Of a DNA stretch of 64,000 bases, positions 35,431 through 47,623 are shown in pieces; the first letter of the stretch is position 1, and the number at the start of each line of letters is the position of its first letter. Position numbers and translations under genes: made by a program. The notes under the pieces are model-generated. The model had not been told where the DNA came from and did no database searches. It saw only the letters and a program-made list of their open reading frames with translations. The stretch comes from Carcharhinus amblyrhynchos. Lineage: Eukaryota. The stretch spans positions 71,858,001 through 71,922,000 of the forward strand of contig OZ336874.1 in NCBI GenBank assembly GCA_965287045.1, read 5' to 3'.

Positions 35431-36719
35431 TGTCATCCTAGACTATCGCTGAAAATCCCACATTGGCACACATTTTGGGCAGCAGATGTGAAGATCAGTG
35501 GTTTAACTTTGGGCTAAGATAAACTGCTATCGATGGTTACTGAGTTTGGACACTACTGAATCTGGTAGAGGTTTTAATCAAATGTTCTGTCGCATCCCTC
35601 TACCTGACCATTTACCACCGCACTGGTTAACAAACAAGTCAAATTGGGGGAAACCCAATTGTAAACCTTAAACAATAGGCCAAGTTCACCTGCTTTTAGG
35701 GAAAAGCAGACTATCAATGGATTCAACCCTTCTGAATCAAGGCAGATTGATTTTTGCCAATACATAATTTAAAATCGACTGAGGCAAGTACAATAATTAC
35801 TTGTGGCAAGGACAGGTTTAGAGGTTAATATGCTTTCAGTTGATGCAACATGTTTTTCAAACATCTAATCACATTAGTAACTAATTTGGACTCCTGTTAA
35901 ATCATTAAAGGCAGCATGCAATAAGAGACAGCATTGCCTTAGAACTCCTTATCTCCACAGGTTCAAGGTTCCACTCGGATTCCCAGATCTGGAAAGAGAT
36001 TTGAATGCAGTTTTTTAATGAATGGGTGCCAACATGAAGAGACCCTCAAAAGAGGGTGGGCGAGAACTGACTGCTTTTTTTAAATAAACATGCATCCTTT
36101 TCCTTTGAGTCCTAATCACTTATTTAGAACGAGCAGGGTCAACTGGACAAGGTAAAGTTCCCTCGATCGGCGAGTACACCACCAAACGTCTGCAAGGCAG
36201 TAGCACTGTCAGTACCAGTAACTCATTATGCATCTTTGTAGAGCTCTTCCTGACTTTGTCATTAATAATTAGTACTCTAGCCTGACAGCTAAATGCAATT
36301 TGCAAGTTTAAGTTTGTCACATGACATGGAAGACCCGGACAGTAAAACATTGACAAACCTTGTATGAAGATACCCCTCCCCCCACCAATGAGAGGCGGCC
36401 ATTAGAGTACAGTAACGTGGAGCCTTTAAGTCCAAAGCGTTAGGTATTGCTGACCTAGATATTCATTCATGTGTAAGTTGTACCTGGATTTATTTATAGC
36501 TCTGCACTTAGTGTAGTTACCGGATGGTGATAAGTGCTGTGTGTACAAGTATTACTTCTGTTTGATTTTACAAAGTAATATTACACATCAAGTGCTAGTA
36601 GTTTTTGTTTTTCCTTTTGCTTTCTCGGTCTCTAAGATTGATTGATTAGAATTGAAATTTTAATTACTGGAGCTCCTGTTCTTTTTCCATTCATTTATTA
36701 TGATGTGATCTAATGAAAC

Positions 36720-37050
36720 ATCATTTACTGCCCCCAGGACATCACAAAAGTACTTCCCAACCAGGAATTATTGATTGAAGCACAGCCACAGTTATAGAAA
36801 AATGCAGTAGCTCGAATAGCAGATGAGGTAGATAACCACATCTCACTTTTTAAAGGTAGTTGAGCAGGGGAGTTAAATCTTGACAGTGCTGTGGGATCTT
36901 TTAGGGCCATTAGAATAGGTGGACAGGACTTGAGTTTTAATATTTCATCTGAAGAACGATGCCTTCAGTTGTCCAGCACTCTTCCACCTACTGTGCTAAT
37001 GCTAGCCTAGATTCTGGAGTGAGCCCTGAACACACAGCCCAACTGAGCCA
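36720..37050 (-). mobile_element. SacSINE1/DeuSINE-like relic
   Basis: AGTGCTGTGGGATCTTTTA..TTTAATATTTCATCTGAAGAACGATGGCCTTC..CAGCACTCTTCCACCTACTG..AGCCTAGATT is the reverse complement of the Deu-domain. Confidence 0.65.
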
Positions 37051-40000
37051 TTTCATGTAAAAGTAATTACATGTGTTATTGTGGGGCTTCTCCAATGGCT
37101 CAGAGGTAAAAGTCGCTAGCTGTGTGACCCATGCAGTGGTCAGGGTGCACACAATTCGATGTATTACGAAGCTCAATGCATGACGTGTGCAAATCAATGC
37201 ATGGCTTTTGTGTCTGCTTCAAACCCAAACTTGCCAAGCACTTTTAGTATTATTTTTACCCATTGATTTTGGAATGGTTCCTTTGGATCCTGAAAACCTG
37301 TCTTCTAATCTCTGTGGAATTTCACTGACCATGTTGGGAAAGGTACTCATTTCTTTCATGTGTAGTGGGATGATTTCTTACATTTTCTGTTTACTTACCA
37401 TCGAGAAGGCCTTACGTGTGTGAATCACATAACCTCACAGTCAAATGCTGTTTCTGCAGCAGCATTTGAGAACGCAATTGGTTTTGGGAGCCTGTTTAAT
37501 TCATTGTGTTGTGGCTTTAAATCAGACCTGTTATACTGCTTGTCCATGCGCCAGCCAGAGAAATAAAAAGTATTCAGTATTTCATTACAGTTTCAGAAGC
37601 AGTACATTAGCACTCTCACTCCACTGTCTTCAATGAGATCATGATGAACTTTGATTGGGTGCTATCCATGCAAGTTGCATAATGTCATTCCCATCACAGA
37701 GGTTTGCGTGTTCTGAAACCTGGGACAGGAGGGCTTATGTTCTTTCTGAATTCAGGACTGGAAGTAGATGGAGAATTTACAATCATGTTAGGGCTCGTAG
37801 ACTGGCCAAAACTGTTAACTGCTGCTGATGTTTGGTAACAGTACTGTTGGAAGCCTGCCTGCCTATTATTCTGGTAATGGCTTGGGGAACACATTTCTAA
37901 CCAGAGAACCGTGCAAGCGGCTGCTGTCATGCTATCTGCAACAATATATTCAACAGCTGATAAGGCATTGCTATTAACCAACTGGACATCTAAATCCAAT
38001 AACTAGTGAGAAGCCAGGAAATAAGCTTTCTTTTTTCAATTAGTTTATTTGAACAGCCAGAATAAGACATGACTGACATTCTGTTCTAAGTATAGTAGAC
38101 TATTTTAATGGTTGAGAATTACTGGTTAACTCTTATCTTGCTTTTTGCTGGATTCAATGCTGCTTAATTTTTTTTGCTGCTGGTGTTTGCTTGAATATAT
38201 TCTCATTAATGTTAGGGGTTTGTTATAGTAAACTGAATTTTATGTGATTTCGGCAGTTTGATGTGGAGCAGGTCATATAGAAGCAGCTGAATCATGCTGA
38301 GCACTCTTGGCTTATTTGATGGCACCATCTGGCTTGTCAGTTTCAGCCTGGATTATCTTCCTCTGATATTCCCATTTAATGTCACAGTTTATCTGGATAG
38401 ACACTGCAATGTAATGATACTCTTCAGTCAATATTGCATATGCAATGGTTTGCAAATAACTTTATGTGTGTAACATTATAATACAGACTTTTAAAATAAA
38501 TAGATATTCACTTTTTGAAACATATGAATTTGTATGGTTTATTTTAGAGACATTGAAGATTCACATCCAATGCTTTTTGTTAAGATAAAATTACTCAGAG
38601 AAGAAGAAATGTTCTGGAATTAAAGCCCTCGATCTGTATTTAACATCTTCAAAGTTGATTTTGTTTTTCTTGTTCCCCTCTTGGGTTCAAAGCTTCTCTT
38701 TCTATGCAGCGTCTTTTGGGAGAAGGTTTGCTCTGGGCAGTGGACTCTTCCTCCTCTCCCCCTGCACCTCCACTGCTAATGGTTCGGTTCTATCATCCTC
38801 TTGAAAACAACGACATTCTTTGATGAGGCCAGTCAGTCACTGTGTATCCTTCACCTGCTGGTGTGGCCAACAACTGCCAATGCTTGTCCCAACTGCAGGA
38901 GGCAAATTGGAGCGACTGGCCTCCCTCCTGTTTGACCCGCAGCCATCTGCTTGAAGAAAAGAGAATTTTGCTGCCAACACCAACAAACTTCTTACAACTT
39001 GTCTTTTTTTCAGGGAAGTGTCTATTCAAGGCTCAGTGTAAAACCAATCCACATTATACATTTCTCTGCATTTCAATAAAAATAGGAAATCTGCAACCAG
39101 AATCAGGTCTCAACCAGAAGCAGGACTAAGTGCAACAAATTTGACAGAATAGTGTAAAACTATAAGCAAAGAGGAAAAATACCTTGGCAGTCAAACAGGA
39201 TCTAAAGAGAAAGCGAGGTCAGTTGGTCTAAAGCCTTTTTGCTCATAAGATTTTGATAGGCTCACTTCTTTTTCCCACTGATGCATTCTAAATCTTTGAC
39301 TATATACAGACTACTGGATTTTCTTTTTGTGTTATGCTGCATATTTTAACAAAACATTTATATTTGGAATTTCCAGCAGATGGATTATTTTGCTTTCTTT
39401 GTAAAGCTACGATAGATTATCAGGGATTCTGAATTGCAACAGTCAGCTTGTTCTCATGTAGAAGACATTAACATTCAGATCTGTAAGAGATGTACGTCAA
39501 GGTTTCTTTGGCAGTTATGGAAATTTATAGCAGTGCAATGTTAGCAGGAACAGTATCAACTTCTTTTACTGGCCTGATATATAATACAAGATCTCCACAA
39601 TCCTCAAAATGTTTCATGTTTATCTCTTTAAACAATTGGAGTGTGCGGAAATGTTTAAGTTGACTAAGATAGCATAAATGACACATCCCAAAAACCTCTC
39701 TAATTATACTGCTTTGGTAACTCCTTTAAATTGTTATAAAATGGCTAAAGTGTTGGAAACTGGCAAATATTTGCACTTGGATGAATCAGAAACACTTTTC
39801 AAACAAGTCAACATTGCGCAGATTTTTACGGAATTGTAAACGGAAATTTATCTCGGGTGGTATCAGGTTGGCCACCCGTCCTACTCAGTGCCTGAATCTT
39901 TAATTTCATTGACAGCGATGGAATTGAATATCGAGCATTGTGTTTAACAGCCAGCTGATCCAATACTGCGTGTTTTGTGACATTTTCCAAGACAAGTTTC

Positions 40001-40819
40001 TATTCTCACCTTCCAAATAAAAGCTAATTTCTTACTGCATCAATTTGGTTAATTGCTGCAATGGATGTGAATTAAATAGATGTCTCCAAAACTGATCTTT
40101 AAATAATTCATTATCTAATACTGAAAAATGCTGAACTTGCTGCACTGACAGTACTCAGTGTAAAACATTACAATGCAATTAATTGTGAAAAGTAAGTTCT
40201 GTTCATGGGAACATTTGAATGGATCAGCAATTTTACACAATGAAATGCACTGGAAGGAGGATTGGTGCTTTTTGATTCTGCACATGGATCAGAGGAATGT
40301 CTATATGCAGTTATTGTGATGTATTTTCACAATGCATGCTAACATTGAAGTTTTGTGGAGATATTAGTGATAATGCTGAGTGAGTACCAGGGAGAAGATC
40401 AGATGAAAAATCCTGTGTTCCATGGGTGGTGTTACTCCACTCCTCAGTACAGTAGAAACCAGGTCATTTGCAATTATGTTAATAAATTGCAGACAGTCCA
40501 GAAATGCCATGTTTCAGTAATGAGGACATAATGTCAGCACTGTTTCCTACAGGCTGCTGAAGCTTTTATTGTGGATACACAGTGATGTGTGTTGGCATAC
40601 CCCTGATTCAATCTGAAAAGACATACTTTAGGAATAAGCATATAGTGCGGATTAAGAGAATGTCCCTGACTTTAGACAGCATCCTGATAAAGGTAGCATT
40701 GTTTAGAGGTTATTTTACAATCTGAATCTTATACCACAGCTAGACCAGATTGCCTATTTTGTTACTCTGTCTTTACACAGTGCATAGTAAACTGTATAGA
40801 TGAATTTATGTATTATTTT

Positions 40820-41185
40820 GTGAGATGTTGGTGTCAGTGGCAAGGCAGATTTATTATTCTTCCCTAATTGCCCTTGAACGGAGTGGCTTACAAGGCCATT
40901 TCAAAGGGAAGTTAAGTTGCTGTGGGTCTGGAGTCACAGGTAGGCCGGATTGGGTAAGGATGGCAGATTTCCTCCCTAAAAGAGATTAGTAAACAATTAG
41001 TTTTTACAAAAATCAGTGATAGTTTCATGGTTACCAGTACTGAGACAAGCTTCCAATTCCAGTTTTATTAATTGAATTGAATTTAAATTCTGAAAGCTGC
41101 CATGGTAGAATTTAAACTTGTGTCTCCAGAACATTAACCTGTGCCTCTGGATTATTAGTTCAGTGGGATTACTACTATGCCATGT
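40820..41185 (-). mobile_element. tRNA-derived SINE (12775 family), full length
   Basis: Collinear with the reverse complement of 12790-13150, including the tail CCCTAATTGCCCTTGAAC. Confidence 0.85.
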
Positions 41186-42142
41186 CTACAATATAAGAGG
41201 CTCCTTCTGGTAGACCCAGTCACTGGTATAAATGAGACCAGGGACTGCACATTATGGTGGAGGGGGAACCAGGGGCTCTATATTATATGGGGAAGGGCAA
41301 GCTGCATATTATGGGGAGGTGGATGGCTCCCCCTCCCCAGCTCCTCAGAAGCAAAGTGGGTGAGAAGCTGACTCACTCCAAACTGCCCCTCAACCGTAAT
41401 GTGCAACAGGCAGGATACATTGCCTGACAATGGGACTCTGCCCTCACTGGGTGGTGGGGGAGGGGGAGGTATTCCTGCCCACCAGAGCTGCTGGCCAATA
41501 CAGCAGGCATGACAGCGCCAAGAGTTCTGTAGGAGGTGCCACCAGAATTGCAAGCAGTCCCAAAAAGAATACCCAATGGATCCCAGAGTAAGGTCAGGAG
41601 GCTTCAGCAAGTGTGGGGATGGTGAGGAGGGTGGTGGGTTTTTGCTGAACAGGTGAGTAGGAAGAAAGAGGAGTCACCAGCTTATTCTCCAATGGGTGAC
41701 AAATGTGGCATCTGCAAACCACTGTGTTATGGGAGTGAGCAAGGGGGTGGATGGGAAGGGCAGTCAGATGGGCACTCGGCCTATTTCATGTGCACCCCCC
41801 GCCCCCACCTGCAAAAAAATGTTTGGGGACTTCAGCAGCCGGTCCTCTTGGAAATTGGGTAACATTCAGCTGCCAGCTGACAACTTTTGTGGGAAGCTGG
41901 AACTGCGTATTTGCACTTTTTTTTGTAATAATGGAAGAGTGCAATGTACCAGAAGATGCTGGTATCTGCTTGAAATAAAAAAGCTGAACTCTGGTGTATG
42001 CAGTTTGTTTTCTCAAAATTAGGTGCAACAAGAAAGCACTTTATGCCAAATCATTCTTCTGGCAGCTTTGACACTTGAATAAGAACTCAAATCTGTAAAA
42101 ACAGCATAATCGTACATGGTGGCATGTAAGCATGAAGGCTTA

Positions 42143-42495
42143 GGGCATCACGGTGGCTCAGTGGTTAGCACTGCTGCCTCACAGCACCAGGAAACCCCGT
42201 TCATTTTCAGCCTTAGGTTTTTGTCTGTGTGGAATTTGTACATTCACTCCATGTCTGCGTGGGTTTCTTTCTGTGTTCCAGTTTCCTCCCACAGTCCAGA
42301 AATGTGCAAGTTAGGTGGATGACTATCTAAATTGCCCCTTGCTGTCCAAAGTAGGTCAGGTGGATTAGCCATGGTAAATCGTGAGGTTACAGGAATACGG
42401 TGGGGGGGGTGTAGATTCTGTGTAAGATGCTTTGCGGAGCGTTGATGCAGACTCGATGGGCCTCCTGCACTGTAGGGATTCTGTGATTCTGTGAC
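42143..42495 (+). mobile_element. HE1-type V-SINE
   Basis: GGGCATCACGGTGGCTCAGTGGTTAGCACTGCTGCCTCACAGC..CTCCCACAGTCCA..GCAGACTCGATGGGCC..GATTCTGTGATTCTG. Confidence 0.9.
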
Positions 42496-43094
42496 TGAAG
42501 CTGAATTTTATTGAAATAGTTGTACAGATTAATGCCTCTTTCAGCTCAAATTGGAAACTTGCTCTTAAAGTTTTGCTTACTTAGGAATTAAATGAAAAAT
42601 TCTAATGTATGAATAAATTGCATTTGTTCTTTAAAGAGCCACTCTTCAGGAATGCTTTTCAGCAATTTTTACATCGAAACATGGAATGGAATACGACTGA
42701 AATGTATCCAATGTTGTCATCCCCCAAATCAAATATTACCCAATTGTTGAAGGCAGTGACATTACTTTTTATTTTCCCTCACCTAAAGAGCAGAATCATA
42801 GAAGATATTGCACCAAGGAAAGAGGCTATTTGTCGCTTAAATGGCTGTGATAGTGTTAATTGTTCAACTACAGAACTGAAAGAAAATATAAGGACTTTTG
42901 TTTATACCGTGCTTTACATGACAACAGGATTACATGTTAGATGGCACAGAAACAGGCTCCTTCATCAGGTGATATCACTCCAGGCTATTCATTGAAGCTG
43001 TAATGATTCTTGCCCTTCAACAACTTGAGTCTTATACATACCTACCTTCTAGCTTATTGCTTATGTGGACCACACCTCTTAATTTGGTAATAAT

Positions 43095-43277
43095 GTAAAG
43101 ACTCACATTCCAACCATTCATCACATTCCAATCTGTAATTATCTTGCAATTGTGTCTTTGCCTATATATGCTGTGTTTGTGAACTGACCTCCATTCACTT
43201 AATGAAGGAGCTCTGAAAACTCATGATTCCAAATAAACCTGTGGGACTTTAACCTGGTGTTGTGAGACTTCTTATTT
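43095..43277 (+). mobile_element. Penelope-like family A pLTR with degenerate hammerhead (43196-43225)
   Basis: AAAGACTCACATTCCAACCATT..TGTTTGTGAAC..CAC-TTAATGA-A-GGAGCTCT-GAAA-AC-TC-ATG..AAATAAACCTGTGGGACTTTAACCTGGTGTTGTGAGACTTCTTA. Confidence 0.82.
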
Positions 43278-44600
43278 TTGGTAATATCAGAAGCCTCAAC
43301 ATCACTGTTCATTATATCTCTGTAAAAACCATGTATGTATAAACAGGAAAGGAGAGAAGTCCAGCCCATATTTCCAGGAGACCATTGAAGTATTCGTAAA
43401 CTGAATGGATCAGAAACAGCTTCCACTGCAGGAGGACTTTGGGTTGGCAAGTAACTTGAGTCAGGAAATTTTTACATGTCTGACCTTCCTCAGTAACACG
43501 TGCCCAGAATCGCTCCATGGACTTAAGGGACACGAGGTGATATTGAGCCAGGCTAACCTAGAAACAGATGCTAAGAGGACACAGGAATGACTGAGTGCTG
43601 ATGTGGGCTGGTCAGAAGGTCTACCTTTGTTCTCTGAGACTTAGTTGCAGTTGTTCTGGAAGATTTTTCAGCCCTCTAGTCCTCACCACCTCGACCCCCA
43701 ACCAACTCCTCCCTTTGCCCCAAGCTTGACTGTCAATCAAAATATTCCAGCATCTTTTAAAAAAATGACAGCTGCAGCCAGCTCTTTTTTGCAGTTTAAA
43801 GAGCAGGGGATTTTAAAAACAACTTCAGATCATTAAAGACCATCAAACAGACCTTACCACTCTCCAGGAGCTTTTATGTATACTACATCAACTTTTGCTC
43901 CCAATCTGTGGTGAAGGCCCTTGGGGTTAGTAGTTACTTCAGATGGCCTTGCTAAGTTCAGGTTTCCCTCCTCTTGAAAGTCACTCCCCTCCCTCTTCCT
44001 CCTCCCAGCAAAAGCAGAACCTGTCGGAAATGGGGACAGGATGTCTGCATCTCGGGCCTCCCGTTAGTTTTAAAGGCCCTTGCAGTCATCCTAAAAGAAA
44101 CCCAGTCATGTGCTTTTTTTAACAGATCTCATGTTTGTATGTAAATAGTGCTTTGTGTACATTTAAACCACAAGGTAAAGCTGGGATTAAGATTTGTGGA
44201 AATGCAAACAAACTAAAGAGCTGTTTACACACATCTCTTTGAGTTTCAGCACTGCAGAATTCTGTTGGATTCCTGAACTTAGCCTGGTTGTCTGTGGAAA
44301 GAGATTCCATTATTAACTGAAGGAAGTGGTATAACAAGTTGTAAAAATGTTGATGAGGTGGGATATTTCATCCGACTTGCCGAGGGGGATTTTGAGAGAA
44401 ATCATTGAAGTGGGTATAAAAAGATCCCTTCCCAATACCACTATTGACTTTACACTTCACAAATCGAAATATGTATTGCTTGAAATGACGATTTGTGTGC
44501 TTGATTTAGAGAATGGACAATGGTTTGTTAAAAAAAAGAGGAGAATGGCAGAAGTAGGAAGAATGTGCAAAGACAGATCCAGCAGGCATCTTGATTCTGT

Positions 44601-44962
44601 GACCAGAATTTTTACTAGCCCTTTGGTGATGGGCTGAAGGGCAGGAAGGCTGGAAAAGTGGCATGGGAAGTCTTCCCACCACTACTTTGCCACCAGCAAA
44701 AGTATTGGTAGACCAGCCAATCACCGGGGCATGACTTTTTGGGAGGTCCATTACTCATGGAGGGGCCCCCCAGATGTCATCAGCACTGCTGGTACTTATG
44801 GAGCTCTCCCCAATTGTTGGAGCCTGCCTGCCTGACCCCTGGAATCTTAAAATTCCACATAGCACTCTTTAGGCCCCTGCTTATTGTGCTATCCTCTCCC
44901 TGCAGTTGATTGGGCTTTCGACCCTGGTAGCATGTCCTCTGCCCTTCCAGTAAAATTCTTAG
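44601..44962. mobile_element. MITE-like element
   Basis: GC-rich block bounded by inverted AGAATTTTTACT ... AGTAAAATTCT. Confidence 0.5.
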
Positions 44963-46737
44963 TGGCTGTCTGTCTTCTTTAGCCTGTTTACTAATGCAGC
45001 AAATTGAACTGAACAGGTGTCCTGTGAGATCCCAGGGGGACCATTTGCAGTAAAGGTTACAAACAGAATTGATTGGCTGACTGAGCTTCTCTGCTAGAGC
45101 AGGGATATTGGACTTCAATCTAACGGACCATGCCGTAACAGACAGTTTCCTATTTAGAGTGTAGTTATTAAAAGTGTTGTGTAGGTCAGGAGAGGGTTGG
45201 TTCAATTTAAACATTCATTTGTGCTTCAAAGTTGTGCTAACCCCTGGAGCGATATTGGCCCAGTGGATAATGCTGATGTGTCTGACAGGTTTACAGTTTT
45301 GTATTGTAATGCTTGTACCCTCCAGATACAGCATTAGACCTTGTCAGATTTCCCTCTCAGCTGCACTGGCTTATGATTTGTCGAAAAGGATCTCTCTGAA
45401 GCTTCCTATTACCTATATGGTAAGATGAAAACTATCTTTGCACCACTGATAGTGTCATTCAAAAGTGCTAAGATCAAACCATAAATGATTGTTTTTTAAT
45501 TCTTTAAAAAATCCTTTTTAAAAACATTTTTATAATGACCAAACATGCCAAAGTGCAGCTGTCATCTGTTTTGGCTTAATTTGTTTCAAATTCTTTGAAG
45601 TTTCTGAAAAGATTGAGATAAGAGCGAAATGTATAGAAAGCCTGGTGCTGCCAAAAGATGGTAACAAAGGCGGCATTGTCTATTTATCTACTTCTTGTGA
45701 GGATTAACCCTCGTGTGATTGATTCTGTTTTTCTTGCTGCTTTTGAATGGCTTGCGTAGTGATGGATTGATACAGTACTTACATTGAAAAGAAAGGTGTT
45801 CATCTGCTCGTGTACATATAAACACAGAGAGTGGCTTATAGAATGCCAAACTAATGCAACAACCCAACACTTTGGGCTCTGTACTGATTTCACTGCCAGT
45901 GGCTCTTAAGTATAAAGTGATGCGTGAATCAGTGGAAGCAGCAGAAAGTTACTCTGCCTGGGACTTGCAGCAGCTTGAAATGAGACAGCTATAAATACTA
46001 GTATGAACTGTCTGGAACACTGGCTTAGAATTATGTCATTGAATGCTCATTTGTTAAATGAGAACTCAACCAAACAGATCAGGTAGGTCCCAGCTTCTGT
46101 TCTTGGCTTAAAATTTCATGCTCCGCAACAAAACTTCATTTGTCTTCTTTGTCTGTAGATCAGAGTTTCTGCTCTCAATCATTATTCATTAACCCCTGCT
46201 GAGTGTGGCTATTGGATTAGAACAACATTAGGTTTGGTCTTGTTGATGCCTCTATAGTTCAGTTGCCCATCACCATTTGTAAAGCAAGTCAGGTGGCACC
46301 TGGAGAAGCTTTGCACGAGTGAAAAATAAATTAAGGGGGAAGGGGAGAGAAGTAATATATAATTAGTTACAGTTTTAAAGGACTGTTAAAACCATAATCG
46401 CACTGTGGAGTGATGATTTTAAAAAAACACATAAGACAGCGGAATTTTAATGGGGATAATTCTTAACTGTGAAGTCTAGACAGTGACCTCTGCCTCTGTT
46501 GTGTAACGTATTCTGTGGTATCTCCTTTGAGGTCTGTTTCTCAGCCCATTCCCCCCACTAGCTTCAGCTGCTCTCGCATAAGTGCTGTTTATTCCCGCTG
46601 CTCCCAATCTTCTGCAAAAAGTAATTCCTACAGTCCTTGCCTGAAAGTCATGTTTCATTTATTGGTGATTTAAAGTTGGAATTTTAACACAGGAGGAAGA
46701 CCCAGCAACAACCTTCCCAGTTAAATACAACAAGTAC

Positions 46738-46847
46738 AACCTCGCTCAACCCGAGACTGGAACATCCTGCAGAGGTCAATGGACACTTCCATTGTCCGTC
46801 CCTCGCCCACTCCAATTCCATGGCGGGTGGGGCAGTAGAATTCCAGC
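46738..46847. mobile_element. Second copy (opposite orientation) of the 125 bp MITE at 10672-10795
   Basis: CCTCGCTC..CGAGAC..AGGTCAATGGA..TTCCATTGTC..CCAATTCCATGGCGG..GTAGAATTCCAGC aligns to the reverse complement of 10672-10785. Confidence 0.78.
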
Positions 46848-47126
46848 AATGGTTTTTATTTGATGTGAAGGGTTGAAAGAAGAAGCACCCCATAGATATA
46901 GAATGAGGAGAGGAATAATATAGGAGCTGAAGAAATACTTGAAAAAAGGTTGTTGAAACAATTGGACAGGATGAGGATGGGGTTGGGTGTGATAGTAGAG
47001 AATAACTACAATCTTTTATCTTCTGAAATGATTAATGATTCATGGTTTAGACACACAAAGAAGAAAGATGATTGCTGATGTAAATGTAGGAAGAAACTGA
47101 TTCTGAATTCTCTTCTGTTCGCTATC

Positions 47127-47623
47127 ATTATAGGAAGGATGTGGAGGCTTTGGAGAGGGTGCAGAGGAGGTTTACCAGGATGTTGCCTGGTATGGAGGGG
47201 AGGTCCTGTGAAGAGAGACTCAGGGATTTGAGGTTGTTTTCGTTAGAAAGAAGGCAGCTACGAGGGGACCTTATTGAAACATATAAGATGATTAGAGGTT
47301 TAGATAGGGTGGACAGTGATAGCCTTTTTCCTCGGATGGAGAAAGCTAGCACGAGGGGGCATAGCTTTAAATTAAGGGGGGGTAGTTATAGGACGGATGT
47401 CAGGGGTAGGTTCTTTACCCAGAGGGTGGTGAGGGATTGGAATGCTCTGCCTGCTGCAGTTGTAAATGCGCCTAGTTTGGGGGCATTTAAGAGATCCGTG
47501 GATAGGTTTATGGATGGTAAGAGTTTGGTTTAGGTTAGAGGGTCATTGTTTTTTAACTGGTCGGTGCAACACTGTGGGCCAAAGGGCCTGTTCTGCGCTG
47601 TAATGTTCTGTGTTCTATGTTCT
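47127..47623 (+). mobile_element. Young 5'-truncated CR1/HER1 LINE end
   Basis: Open ORF 47141-47533 (ALERVQRRFTRMLPG..RGDLIETYKMIRGLDRVD..TRGHSFKL..FFTQRVV..WNALP). Tail (TGTTCTA)n; candidate TSD CTATCAT at 47122-28 and 47622-28. Confidence 0.93.

Noticed and set aside
42609-42995. 128-aa ORF and similar 60-140 aa ORFs throughout the introns
   Set aside because: No domain-like features or splice support; consistent with random ORFs or antisense readings of repeats.
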